A DNA stretch of 64,000 nucleotides from a bacterium (GCA_963642995.1 CAVIIZ010000002.1:75610-139609), one strand, 5' to 3'; shown: positions 31,433 to 40,206, counted from the first letter of the stretch. The notes: generated by a model not told the origin, from the sequence alone. Numbers and translations: made by a program.

Positions 31433-31576
31433 GGAAGCGCTGGTTTTCCCTTTGGGTTGAAACGGCGGGTGCGCGATGTCGTTCGATGCGGTCTACAAGC
31501 AGATCGGCGAGTTTTTTCGCCGATGCGCTGGGCACGGCTCGCGCGCGCGGATGAAGCAGGCGCGAGAGGGGCGGAC

Positions 31577-32260
31577 ATGAACGGAGACGATGGTTTCAGG
31601 ACGCAAGCGGCGGCAGAGCCGGGATGCGAGCATTGCGGCGTCGCGGCATGCGAGCATCCGGGACGCACGGCGCCGACCTTTTGCCCCGAGCAGGGCATAT
31701 CCGACGAAACGCGCAGCCGCGTCCGCAGCCTCTACGACGAGCCCGAAAACAGGCGCATCATGGAGGCGGCCGCCAGGGTGAGCGCCGGCACGGCGAACTC
31801 GACGCGCGTGCAAGACACGATAAAGTTCGCCTCGTACATGGGCGCCTCGCGCATCGGCATCGCGGCCTGCACCGCCATGTTGAAGGAAACCGCCGTCCTC
31901 GCCCGGCTTTTGCGCCGCGCCGGGTTTTCGGTGGTGGCGCTCGGCTGCAAGCTTCAGGAAAACCGCGCGCCCGACCTCGGCATAGACCCCGCCTGCGGCG
32001 TCGGCGACTGCGTCATCTGCAACCCGATCATGCAGGCGCTCCTGCTCAACGAGGCTAAATGCGATTTGAACATCCTCATGGGGATATGCGTCGGACACGA
32101 CGCGCTGTTCGCGAAGTACTCGGATGCGCCCGCCGTCACCTTGGTGGCCAAGGACTTCCTTGCGGCGAACAACCCCTGCGCCGTGCTCTACACCGCCGAT
32201 TCGGTCTACAAATCCAAGCTGGACGCGACCATCGACGAGGTGGCGGGCGCCCGTTCTTGA
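31577..32260 (+). CDS. Cys-rich putative metal-binding protein, DUF1847-like
   Basis: ATG 31577 with RBS GAGAGGGG, inside track ORF 31199..32260. CEHCGVAACEH, CGVGDCVICNP and MGICVGHD motifs. Family call from memory. Confidence 0.65.
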   Translation: MNGDDGFRTQAAAEPGCEHCGVAACEHPGRTAPTFCPEQGISDETRSRVRSLYDEPENRRIMEAAARVSAGTANSTRVQDTIKFASYMGASRIGIAACTAMLKETAVLARLLRRAGFSVVALGCKLQENRAPDLGIDPACGVGDCVICNPIMQALLLNEAKCDLNILMGICVGHDALFAKYSDAPAVTLVAKDFLAANNPCAVLYTADSVYKSKLDATIDEVAGARS

Positions 32261-32428
32261 AACCGATGCGCCCTGCTCGACGGTTGCGGTGTGCAATGGC
32301 TTTGAAAAGCCAGGAAAAGGGTGTCGCGCTCTCGAACTCGGACACGGCGAAGGAGAGGGGCATGACGCTTTGTCTGCCGGTCTACTCCGCCGTGTTCTTG
32401 TGCGTTGCGGCGTCTGCGCGGGTGTGCT

Positions 32429-32989
32429 CTAACGGCGCTTGCAGCAGCGGTCGTGGCCGCCGTGGCCGTTATGGTGGCCGTGGGCATGTCCGTGCTTGTG
32501 CCCGCAGCCGCGTCCGTGCCCGTGGCCTTTGCGCCCTTTGCGGCCCTTCTTGTGCTTGCCCTTGGCGCCCAGCTCCTTGCATTGCACGACGATCTTGTCC
32601 GCGATGGTCTGGAGCTGCTCCATCTCCTCGTCGGAGAGCGTCTCGAGGATCTTTTCGGCGGCCGCTTCGTGCGCCTTGCAGCGCTTCTCGGCGATCTCCT
32701 CGCCCGTGTCCGTGAGCTTCACCAGATAGGTCTTCTTCTCCTGGGCGCTCTCGATCGTGGCGTAGCCGTTGCGCTGCGCCTTGCGCACGATGTCCTTCAG
32801 CTTCGCGCGGTCGTACCCCAGCGCCTCGACCAGCTCGCGCGAGCTCATCTTCCCGCCGTGGCGGTGGAGCACCTTCAGCAGCGCGCCCTGGCCTTTCTTG
32901 TAGCTTTTCGGACCTGCCACGCGAAAGGCGCGGTTGCTCAGGTCGGCGGCCTTGCCCAGTTTCTTCAATGTCTTGAGTTGCGTGCTCAT
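32429..32989 (-). CDS. MarR-family winged-helix regulator with a His/Gly/Lys/Cys-rich C-terminal tail
   Basis: ATG 32989 with RBS AGAGGAGAG. wHTH core SSRELVEALGYDRAKLKDIVRKAQRNGYA. Tail GHGHGRGCGHKHGHAHGHHNGHGGHDRCCKRR. Confidence 0.85.
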   Translation of the reverse strand: MSTQLKTLKKLGKAADLSNRAFRVAGPKSYKKGQGALLKVLHRHGGKMSSRELVEALGYDRAKLKDIVRKAQRNGYATIESAQEKKTYLVKLTDTGEEIAEKRCKAHEAAAEKILETLSDEEMEQLQTIADKIVVQCKELGAKGKHKKGRKGRKGHGHGRGCGHKHGHAHGHHNGHGGHDRCCKRR

Positions 32990-33001
32990 GGTTTCTCTCC
33001 T

Positions 33002-33100
33002 CTTTATCTGAAAAATTGATAGCGAAGACACTGTACGCCGTCTTTATCGAAAAATGTGGCAATTTAGGCGCTTTCCACATTATCGCTATAAATGATAAAG
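33002..33100. promoter_or_regulatory. AT-rich promoter/operator region with repeated CTTTATC / GATAAAG and ATAGCGA / TCGCTAT half-sites
   Basis: CTTTATC at 33002 and 33042, GATAAAG at 33094, GATAGCGA at 33018, TCGCTAT at 33083. Also AATGTGG-N15-CCACATT. One hand-counted line is 38% GC. Lies immediately upstream of the MarR gene. Confidence 0.55.
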
Positions 33101-33144
33101 ATGCGTTCCGAAGAATAATCCCGACTGAAAAGCGAGAGGGCGCA

Positions 33145-33450
33145 TCAGACGAGGGGCGCGTAGTCTTGCGTTTGGTGAAAGATGTGGGCGACGACGACTT
33201 TCTCGCCGTCGAAGCGGTGCAGCGCGACATAGCGGTTCACCAGCATAGGGCGAGAGCCCATCTCCGCAAGTTGGGGTATGTGCGAGAGAGGGCGGATTTC
33301 GGGCATCTCGCACACGAGGTCGAGTTGGCGGCCGAATTCGTCCATGAACCCCGTCGCAGCCGCCGGACTCGCAAGGACGCCGGCCAGATACTCGACTATA
33401 GAGCGGTACTCGAGCTGGGCGCTTGGGAGAATGATTCTAGGATAGGCCAT
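33145..33450 (-). CDS. Type II toxin, RelE/ParE family
   Basis: ATG 33450 within ORF 33145..33558. 101 aa, MAYPRIILPSAQLEYRSIVEYL...VVVAHIFHQTQDY. Overlaps the antitoxin gene by 14 nt. Confidence 0.8.
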   Translation of the reverse strand: MAYPRIILPSAQLEYRSIVEYLAGVLASPAAATGFMDEFGRQLDLVCEMPEIRPLSHIPQLAEMGSRPMLVNRYVALHRFDGEKVVVAHIFHQTQDYAPLV

Positions 33451-33706
33451 ATTCGGCTCGTATCTTCGCCGCGAACTCGTCATAGTCTGCGCCGGCGCCG
33501 GATTTCTCCTCGCGTTCGGCGACGAGCATACGCGAGAACAAGCGTGTTTTTGCGGCATCTTCCTGCATCGCGCGATAGCGGTCCGCGCTCATGCAATAGA
33601 TGGCCTCGCGCCCGTTTCTCGTGACCGTCACTTCATCTTCGCGCTCGACGAGCTCCACAAACGATGCCGTGCTCTTCATGTCGCGTACGGGAACACATGT
33701 CGGCAT
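33437..33706 (-). CDS. Type II antitoxin, Phd/YefM family
   Basis: ATG 33706. 89 aa, VPVRDMKSTASFVELVEREDEVTVTRNGREAIYCMSADRY pattern. Lies upstream of and overlaps the toxin gene. Confidence 0.75.
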   Translation of the reverse strand: MPTCVPVRDMKSTASFVELVEREDEVTVTRNGREAIYCMSADRYRAMQEDAAKTRLFSRMLVAEREEKSGAGADYDEFAAKIRAEYGLS

Positions 33707-33728
33707 GGGGTTCCTCCTCCGCTGCGGT

Positions 33729-33757
33729 GGCGCAATGTTGCAATGCCGCATTGCGCC
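33729..33757. promoter_or_regulatory. Inverted repeat (candidate TA operator)
   Basis: GGCGCAATG-N11-CATTGCGCC, 23 nt upstream of the antitoxin start. Confidence 0.5.
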
Positions 33758-33899
33758 GATGCCGTAATGCGGCCTTATTGTACCGCGTTTTACCCTAGAA
33801 GCGGAAATAGATGAAAGGGTTGAAGGAGCCGGAGATCACGCCTGCCACCGAGGCGACGAGCAACGCGGCGAGCGCGAGGTCGCAAAGCAGGGCATGAAA

Positions 33900-33942
33900 G
33901 AAGGCGCGCCGTTCCTTTGCAGGAAGGCGCGCCTTCTCTTTT
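33900..33942 (-). terminator. Hairpin downstream of vsr
   Basis: Arms GAAGGCGCGCCGTTCC / GGAAGGCGCGCCTTC with a 6-nt loop. T-rich on both flanks (CTTTC on the minus strand, TCTTTT on the plus strand). Confidence 0.55.
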
Positions 33943-33950
33943 AGACGTGT

Positions 33951-34409
33951 TCAATCGATGCTGACGAAGGCGTACTCGAGGGCGTCGTGAAGCGCACGGG
34001 CGGTTTGCTCGACGCGGTCGCGCTTCAGCTCGCATTCCCAGACGACGACCACCTGCCAGCCGTCTGACTCGAGTTTTTCGCGCACAGCCTCGTCACGCGC
34101 CTTGTTGCGGGCGAACTTGGCTGTCCAGTACTCGCCGTTTCTCGCGGGCGTGCTCGCGTACTTGCACCCCTCGTGATGGTGCCAAAAGCAGCCGTTCACG
34201 AAGATGGCGATCTTGCGTCCGGGATAGGCGATGTCGGGGTGCCCCGGCGCCTTCTTCCAATCGCAGCGATACCCCGGCCAGCCGAAGGAGCGCAGCATGG
34301 CCCGCACGGCCTTCTCCGGCGAGGTGTCGCGGCGCTTGTTGCCCTGCATGGACTTGCGCGTGGCTGCCGAGACCTCGCCGAACTCGTATTTCGCCGTCGT
34401 CTTTCCCAT
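33951..34409 (-). CDS. vsr: Very short patch repair endonuclease Vsr
   Basis: ATG 34409. RRDTSPEKAVRAML..., PGHPDIAYPGRKIAIFVNGCFWHHHEGC, and GWQVVVVWECEL, all typical of Vsr. Confidence 0.9.
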   Translation of the reverse strand: MGKTTAKYEFGEVSAATRKSMQGNKRRDTSPEKAVRAMLRSFGWPGYRCDWKKAPGHPDIAYPGRKIAIFVNGCFWHHHEGCKYASTPARNGEYWTAKFARNKARDEAVREKLESDGWQVVVVWECELKRDRVEQTARALHDALEYAFVSID

Positions 34410-34482
34410 GTGAGGAGATGATACACGCCGCCTCCGCGCCACACCTGATGCGCCGCACCTGTCCAGGAACAATGCGCGCGAT

Positions 34483-34507
34483 TTTCACAAGTGAAGCCTT
34501 TGTGAAA
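34483..34507. promoter_or_regulatory. Perfect inverted repeat in the DAHP synthase upstream region
   Basis: TTTCACAA-N9-TTGTGAAA, about 185 nt upstream of ATG 34692. Confidence 0.4.
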
Positions 34508-34691
34508 GCGCGTCGAACTTCCCCGGGCCTTCCCGGGAACCCCCTCGCGGCCTTCTCGTAGTGATAGGATGCACCGACGCGCGCTGCGCATGCCCTTGCC
34601 GGCGACACGCGGCTGCCCGCATGCCCGCATCACGGCGCGCGGCGCGTTTTTTTCGAGAGAAGAGACGACCCCTGACACGACGGAGGCACCG

Positions 34692-35723
34692 ATGCCCACG
34701 ATGAACTTCAAGCGCCGCCTGCCCATCCCGCAAGAGATCCGCGCCGAGCTGCCGCTTTCGCCTGCCCTCGAGCGCGCCAAGGAGGGCTTCGACCGACGCG
34801 TCGTGGACGTGCTTTCCGGGAGAAGCGGCAAGAAGCTGCTCGTCGTAGGGCCGTGCTCGGCAGACCGCGAGGACTCGGTGCTCGACTATATGACGCGCTT
34901 GGCCGCGCTGGCAGAGGAGGTGGCCGACAAGTTCGTCGTCATCGGCCGCGTCTACACGAACAAGCCCCGCACGCGCGGCACCGGCTACAAGGGCCTGCTG
35001 CACCAGCCCGACCCGACCGGGCAGCCGGACCTGCTCGCGGGGATCAAGGCCATACGCCGCATGCACCTGCGCGTCATCGAGGAAACGGGCATATTCACCG
35101 CCGACGAGATGCTCTATCCGGAAAACTACCGCTTTCTCTACGACCTGCTGGCCTACACGGCCGTGGGCGCGCGCAGCGTCGAAAACCAGGAGCACCGCCA
35201 AGTGGCCAGCGGCATCGAGGTGCCCGTGGGGATGAAGAACCCGACGGGGGGCTCGACATCGGTCATGCTCAACGCGGTCTATGCCGCGCAGGCAGAGCAG
35301 GACTTCATCTACCGCAACTGGGAGGTCCACAGCACGGGCAACCCCTACGCGCACGCCATCCTGCGCGGCTACAAGGGCCTCGACGACGTGAACTACCCCA
35401 ACTACCACTACGAGTACCTGGAGCGCCTCGCGGCCGTCTACACGGGCGACGAGTACGCCAACCCCGCCGTCGTGATCGACTGCAACCACGACAATTCGGG
35501 CAAACGCCCGCTCGAGCAGGGGCGCATCTGCCACGAGGTGCTCGACTCCTGCATGCGCAACGCCGACGTCGCGGCGCTGTTCAAGGGCTTCATGCTGGAA
35601 AGCTACATCGAAGACGGGGCGCAGCCGGTCGGCGGCGGGACATACGGCATGTCCATCACCGATGCGTGCCTGGGTTGGGACAAGACCTGCGCGCTCGTGC
35701 GCGAGCTGGCCGAGCGGCTGTAG
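34692..35723 (+). CDS. 3-deoxy-7-phosphoheptulonate (DAHP) synthase, class I
   Basis: ATG 34692 with RBS GGAGG. LLVVGPCSADRED...RVYTNKPRTRGTGYKGLLHQPDP resembles the AroG/F/H type. Confidence 0.9.
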   Translation: MPTMNFKRRLPIPQEIRAELPLSPALERAKEGFDRRVVDVLSGRSGKKLLVVGPCSADREDSVLDYMTRLAALAEEVADKFVVIGRVYTNKPRTRGTGYKGLLHQPDPTGQPDLLAGIKAIRRMHLRVIEETGIFTADEMLYPENYRFLYDLLAYTAVGARSVENQEHRQVASGIEVPVGMKNPTGGSTSVMLNAVYAAQAEQDFIYRNWEVHSTGNPYAHAILRGYKGLDDVNYPNYHYEYLERLAAVYTGDEYANPAVVIDCNHDNSGKRPLEQGRICHEVLDSCMRNADVAALFKGFMLESYIEDGAQPVGGGTYGMSITDACLGWDKTCALVRELAERL

Positions 35724-35756
35724 GGAAGGGGAAAGCCGAAGCAAGCGCATCGCCGC

Positions 35757-35780
35757 AAGACGGCATGGCCGCCGTCTTTT
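35757..35780 (+). terminator. Rho-independent terminator after the DAHP synthase gene
   Basis: AAGACGGC-atggcc-GCCGTCTT followed by TTTT. Confidence 0.7.
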
Positions 35781-35905
35781 CAAAAAGGAGCCGTCGCGGC
35801 ATCCATGAACCGCATCGACCGGCTAGAAGCTGCATGGTGGCGCGCAGCGAATTCGACCTGCGGCGTAAATGAAAAGCAGGCCGTTTTGCGACCTGCGGAA
35901 AAAGC

Positions 35906-35982
<77 letters not shown>

Positions 35983-36038
35983 AGCCTGTTCGACACGCGC
36001 CGTCTCGACGAGGCGCGCGAAGAGGAATGTTAGCACAA

Positions 36039-36065
36039 GGCGTGCCGGAGCACGCCAGTTTTTTT
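36039..36065 (+). terminator. Orphan plus-strand terminator-like hairpin abutting the IS end
   Basis: GGCGTGC-cgga-GCACGCC followed by AG and TTTTTTT. The T-run touches the left inverted repeat of the IS remnant. Confidence 0.5.
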
Positions 36066-36764
36066 GGAGGCTTCGTGAGTTTGTGAGGGTAGGGGTCACG
36101 CCTCTGTCCTCCCTTGAAGCATCGGCTTGAGATCCGAGCATCTGAGCATGACGAGCGCGATGAGGTTGTCGATGTTCCTGAAGCCGTAGCCCTGCCTGAC
36201 CGCCACCTTGATTTTGTTGTTGACGGCCTCGACGCGGGCACAGATGCCGTCCGCGGTGTGCCAGTCGACGCGCAAGAACGCCGCGAGGGCGCTCCTGCAC
36301 ATGTGCAGCGCCAGCCAGGCGACCTCGTCCTCGAACGCCGAGGTGAAGCGACTCGAGACGCAGCGCGCCCACGGCACGGCCTCGGTGCGGACCCCGTGCT
36401 CGGGGCACTCCACGCGCAGCGGCGCGTGCTCCATATAGCAGCGCGACGCTCCGAGGTCGAGCGTGCGCCAGCGCCGCGCCGGGAGACGGTCGTAAGGCCG
36501 GCAGCGCCTACCGCAGGCGGGGCACCTGGGCGCCGCCTTCCTGGGTCTGGCGCGCACGATTACGTCGCCGTGTTCCTCACGGGCCGACTCGACGACGGCT
36601 CCGGCGAGTCCGAGGCATTTCTTTAGTAGATTGATTCTCATGGCGGCGTCCTTTGCTGGTTGCTTTTTTCTTGGTCGAAAAACAACCCTACGCGAAAGGC
36701 GCCGCCACTGCTATCTATGCATGTTCAGGAATCCGGGCACCCACACAAACCCACGAAGAGCCCC
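36066..36764 (-). mobile_element. Internally deleted ISL3-family insertion sequence (about 0.7 kb) with both terminal inverted repeats
   Basis: Left end GGAGGCTTCGTGAGTTTGTGAGGGT. The reverse complement of the right end is GGGGCTCTTCGTGGGTTTGTGTGGGTG (imperfect IRs of GGCTCTTCG type). T-runs flank both ends, a possible target duplication. Confidence 0.8.
36096..36641 (-). pseudogene. ISL3 transposase remnant: N-terminal zinc-finger/HTH fused in frame to the last ~45 aa, DDE core missing
   Basis: 181 aa. CPACGRRCRPYDR...WRTLDLGASRC...VECPEHGVRTEAVPWARCVSSRFTSAFEDEVAWLA jumps directly to the family C-terminus NNKIKVAVRQGYGFRNIDNLIALVMLRC. Confidence 0.8.
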
Positions 36765-36802
36765 TTTTTTCTTCAAGATGCAAAAACTGCAGAGGGAAAA
36801 GG

Positions 36803-37747
36803 CTATTCGGCGAAGCCGAGCATGCGCACCTCGCACTCGAGCTCCACTCCGCAGCGCGCGTGCACGGCCTCTTGCACGTCGCGTATGCAGCGGCGTATGT
36901 CGGCTGCCGTCGCGGACCCGTTGTTCACGATGAAGCCCGCGTGCTTGCGGCTGACCTGCGCCGCGCCCACGCTGTGCCCCTGCATCCCGGCGTCGCAGAC
37001 GAGCTTGCCCGCGAAATGGCCTTGCGGGCGCTTGAAGGTGGAGCCGGCGCTCTTCTTGTCGAGGGGCTGCTTGTCGCGACGACGGGCTGCCAGCTCGCGC
37101 ATCCTGTCCTCTATGGCGCGGCGATCGTCCGGTTGCAGGGCAAGCTCGGCGCAGACGGCGACGAGGCCGCGGCGCGCGATGGCGCTCGTCCTGTAGCCCC
37201 AGCCCGCCTCCTCGCAGTCCAGCTCGACCATTTGGCCGTCGGCCGGATCCAGGCAGGTGACGCGCGTGCACACGTCCTTGAACTCGCCGCCGTAGGCGCC
37301 GGCGTTCATGGCAGCCGCCCCGCCGATGCTGCCCGGTATGCCGTGGAGGAACTCCAACCCCGCCAGCGAGGCCTCGCAGGCAGCCTGCGCCACCTGCCTG
37401 TCGGACGCGCCCGCCTGCGCGACGACGCGCCCGCTTGCGGCGTCGACTTGCACGTCGGAGAGGCGGTTGCCGATGTGGATGACGAGCGCCGCCAGCCCCT
37501 CGTCGGCGACGAGCAGGTTGCTGCCGCGCCCGAGCACGTGCCAGGCGATGCCCTCCTCTTTCGCGAAGGCAAGCGCCGCCGCGACGTCGGCTGCAGAGCA
37601 CGCTTCGACAAACAGCGCCGCCGGGCCGCCCACCGCAAAGCTCGTGTGGGCGCTCATGGGCTCGTCGAGGAGGAGGGCGCTGCTTTCAAGGCGCCCGCGC
37701 AGCCCGCGGGCAAGCTCGTCGCGCGATGCCGTGTTCACTTTCGCCAT
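36803..37747 (-). CDS. murB: UDP-N-acetylenolpyruvoylglucosamine reductase MurB
   Basis: In-frame ATG 37747 within ORF 36803..38338. FAD-binding LGRGSNLLV, GIPGSIGGAAAMNAGAYG and GSTFKRP motifs. Overlaps the thiD stop. Confidence 0.92.
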   Translation of the reverse strand: MAKVNTASRDELARGLRGRLESSALLLDEPMSAHTSFAVGGPAALFVEACSAADVAAALAFAKEEGIAWHVLGRGSNLLVADEGLAALVIHIGNRLSDVQVDAASGRVVAQAGASDRQVAQAACEASLAGLEFLHGIPGSIGGAAAMNAGAYGGEFKDVCTRVTCLDPADGQMVELDCEEAGWGYRTSAIARRGLVAVCAELALQPDDRRAIEDRMRELAARRRDKQPLDKKSAGSTFKRPQGHFAGKLVCDAGMQGHSVGAAQVSRKHAGFIVNNGSATAADIRRCIRDVQEAVHARCGVELECEVRMLGFAE

Positions 37748-38574
37748 CCCTCCTCGGCGGCGGCCTTCCTGTAGGCCTCGATGCTGGCCTTGTGCGGCCA
37801 CATGTGGCCTATGGGGCCGGCGCCCGCGCCGAGGCCGGGAGCTGCGAGCAAGGCGCCCGTCACGTAGTCTTTCGCAAGCCGCGCAGCCCGGTAGACCGCC
37901 CGACCCTCGGCCAGCCAGCACGCGATGGCAGACGAGAGCGTGCAACCGGTGCCATGCGCGTCGCGCGTCTCTACGTGCGGGGTGCGGAACCAGAAGACGG
38001 CGCCGCCCGGTCCTGCGAGCACGTCGTTTGCCGAGGCGCGGCGGTGCCCGCCTTTCACGAGCGCCCAGCGCGGCCCCAGCTCGAGCAGCTCCAGCGCGGC
38101 GGCCTCCTGCTCGGGCTCGCTGTTGATGGGATGCCCCAGCAGCTTTTCTGCTTCGGGCAGGTTCGGGGTGGCGAGCTCTGCGACGGGCAGCAGGTGCGTG
38201 CGCAGCGCCGAGACCGTCTCGTCGTCGCTTAGGGTGCTGCCGCTCGTTGCCACCATGACGGGGTCGACCACGACGTGCAGCGCCCCGCGGCGCTTGAGCG
38301 TCTTGGCGACGACGCGCACGTTGTCCGCGCACCCGCATGCGCCCACCTTCACCGCGGCGGGGAAGATGTCGGAAAACACGGCGTCGAGCTGTTTTTCCAC
38401 AAGACCCGCCCCGACGCTTGCCATGGCCGTCACGCCCGTCGTGTTTTGCGCGGTGAGGGCGGTGAGGGCCGTCTGGGCGAACAGGCCGTGCGCCTCGATG
38501 GTCTTGATGTCTGCCTGTATGCCCGCCGCGCCGCCGCTGTCCGATGCGGCTATGCTCAAGACCGATTTCACCAC
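37735..38574 (-). CDS. thiD: Hydroxymethylpyrimidine/phosphomethylpyrimidine kinase ThiD
   Basis: (V)VKSVLSIAASDSGGAAGIQADIKT, GTGCTLSSAIA. GTG 38574/38571 is preceded by GAAAGGGGG. The track ORF extends to 38661. Confidence 0.9.
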   Translation of the reverse strand: MVKSVLSIAASDSGGAAGIQADIKTIEAHGLFAQTALTALTAQNTTGVTAMASVGAGLVEKQLDAVFSDIFPAAVKVGACGCADNVRVVAKTLKRRGALHVVVDPVMVATSGSTLSDDETVSALRTHLLPVAELATPNLPEAEKLLGHPINSEPEQEAAALELLELGPRWALVKGGHRRASANDVLAGPGGAVFWFRTPHVETRDAHGTGCTLSSAIACWLAEGRAVYRAARLAKDYVTGALLAAPGLGAGAGPIGHMWPHKASIEAYRKAAAEEGWRK

Positions 38575-38736
38575 AGGCCCCCTTTCTTTTTTCGTGAAAG
38601 CCCTTCTCTCAATCATACCCGATGGCGCACGGCGTGTGGATGTTGCGTGACATGTGGGCATGCTGCATCATGGGGGCGCGCGGATTCGTTTATCGTGGAC
38701 GGGAACGGACTTCAAAACGTCGAGGTGAAGCAACCT

Positions 38737-40176
38737 ATGGAACGCAAGAACGCCTGGAAAGAGTACAGCGACGCGGATGTCTCGCAGCTCGAGCGTCTGG
38801 GGCACGAGTACATCGACTTCATCAGCGAGAACAAGACCGAGCGCGAGTGCGTCGCAGCCGCCATCGCGCGCGCGCAGGCATCCGGCTACATGTCCTTGGA
38901 AGAGGCACGACGCTCGGGCAAGCCGCTGAGCGCCGGCTCGAAGATATGGGCGGCCACGCACGGCAAGGCGCTCGTCCTCGTGCACGTGGGCAGCCGCCCG
39001 CTCGAAGACGGCTTGAACATACTCGGCGCGCACATCGACTCGCCGCGCCTGGACCTGAAGCAAAACCCCCTCTACGAGGGCGGCGACCTCGCCTTTTTCG
39101 ACACGCACTACTATGGCGGCATCAAGAAGTACCAGTGGGTGACCATGCCGCTTGCCCTGCACGGCGCGATAGCGAAAACCGACGGCACCATCGTGCCCGT
39201 CGTCGTGGGCGAAGACGCCGGCGACCCGGTCTTCTGCATCACCGACCTGCTGCCGCATCTGGGCGCCGAGCAGATGAAGAAGGAAGGCGCGAAGGTGGTG
39301 GAAGGCGAGGCGCTCGACGTGCTCGTGGGCAGCCGGCCGCTGATCGTCGAAGGCGCCGACGCGGCCACGTTCGAGCCCGCAGACGACGCGCCGGACTGGG
39401 AGAAGGGCGCGGTGAAAAACCCCGTGGCCTCTTTCGTCTTGAAGATACTCGAAAGCATCTACGACATCGAGGAGGAGGACTTCATCTCCGCCGAGATCGA
39501 GGTGGTGCCCGCCGGACGCGCGCGCGACTTGGGATTCGACCGCTCGATGGTGCTGGGGTACGGCCAAGACGACCGCGTGTGCGCCTACACGAGCCTCGAC
39601 GCGCAGCTCTCCATCGACGAGGCGACGCGCTGCGCGGTCACCTTGCTCGTGGACAAGGAGGAGATCGGCTCGGTGGGCGCGACGGGCATGCATTCCAATT
39701 TCTTCGAAAACGTCATGGCCGAAATCCTCCAGCTGGCCGGCGTCACCGACCCTCTCGCGTTGCGCCGCATGCTGCAAAACTCGCGCATGCTCTCCTCGGA
39801 CGTGTCGGCGGGTTTCGACCCGGCTTACGCGAACGTCTTCGAGGCGAGAAACTGCGCCTATCTGGGACGCGGCCTCGTGTTCAACAAGTACACGGGCGCG
39901 CGCGGCAAGTCGGGCAGCAACGACGCGAGCGCCGAGTACGTGGCACGCCTGCGCGCCGTGATGAACGAGGCCGGCGTCGCATGGCAGACGGCCGAGCTGG
40001 GCAAGGTGGATGCGGGCGGCGGCGGGACCATCGCCTACATCCCCGCGAAATACGACATGGACGTGATCGACTCGGGCGTGCCCGTGCTGTCCATGCACGC
40101 GCCCTGGGAGGTCACGAGCAAAGCCGACATCTACGAGGCCCGCTGCGGCTACGAGGCGTTTTTGCTGCACGCGTAA
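38737..40176 (+). CDS. M18-family aminopeptidase
   Basis: ATG 38737 with RBS GAGGTGAAG, inside ORF 38275..40176. LNILGAHIDSPRLDLK, HYYGGIKKYQW and DKEEIGS motifs. Confidence 0.85.
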   Translation: MERKNAWKEYSDADVSQLERLGHEYIDFISENKTERECVAAAIARAQASGYMSLEEARRSGKPLSAGSKIWAATHGKALVLVHVGSRPLEDGLNILGAHIDSPRLDLKQNPLYEGGDLAFFDTHYYGGIKKYQWVTMPLALHGAIAKTDGTIVPVVVGEDAGDPVFCITDLLPHLGAEQMKKEGAKVVEGEALDVLVGSRPLIVEGADAATFEPADDAPDWEKGAVKNPVASFVLKILESIYDIEEEDFISAEIEVVPAGRARDLGFDRSMVLGYGQDDRVCAYTSLDAQLSIDEATRCAVTLLVDKEEIGSVGATGMHSNFFENVMAEILQLAGVTDPLALRRMLQNSRMLSSDVSAGFDPAYANVFEARNCAYLGRGLVFNKYTGARGKSGSNDASAEYVARLRAVMNEAGVAWQTAELGKVDAGGGGTIAYIPAKYDMDVIDSGVPVLSMHAPWEVTSKADIYEARCGYEAFLLHA

Positions 40177-40206
40177 GCGGCAGGCCGCGTGGGAGAAGGA
40201 GGGGCC

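Noticed and set aside
31476-31580. 34-codon upstream ORF (MSFDAVYKQIGEFFRRCAGHGSRARMKQAREGRT) whose TGA overlaps the ATG of the DUF1847 gene (ATGA)
   Set aside because: Translational coupling is attractive. However, the uORF has only a weak RBS and no recognisable family, and the downstream gene has its own strong RBS. The evidence is not sufficient to call it a gene.
33790-33950. Hydrophobic peptide-like frame (..LLCDLALAALLVASVAGVISGSFNPFIYFRF-stop) in frame with, and just downstream of, the vsr stop codon
   Set aside because: There is no ATG/GTG start upstream of the hydrophobic part; the only candidate is an internal TTG giving about 21 aa. It lies beyond the vsr terminator hairpin and has no RBS. 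It is probably chance.
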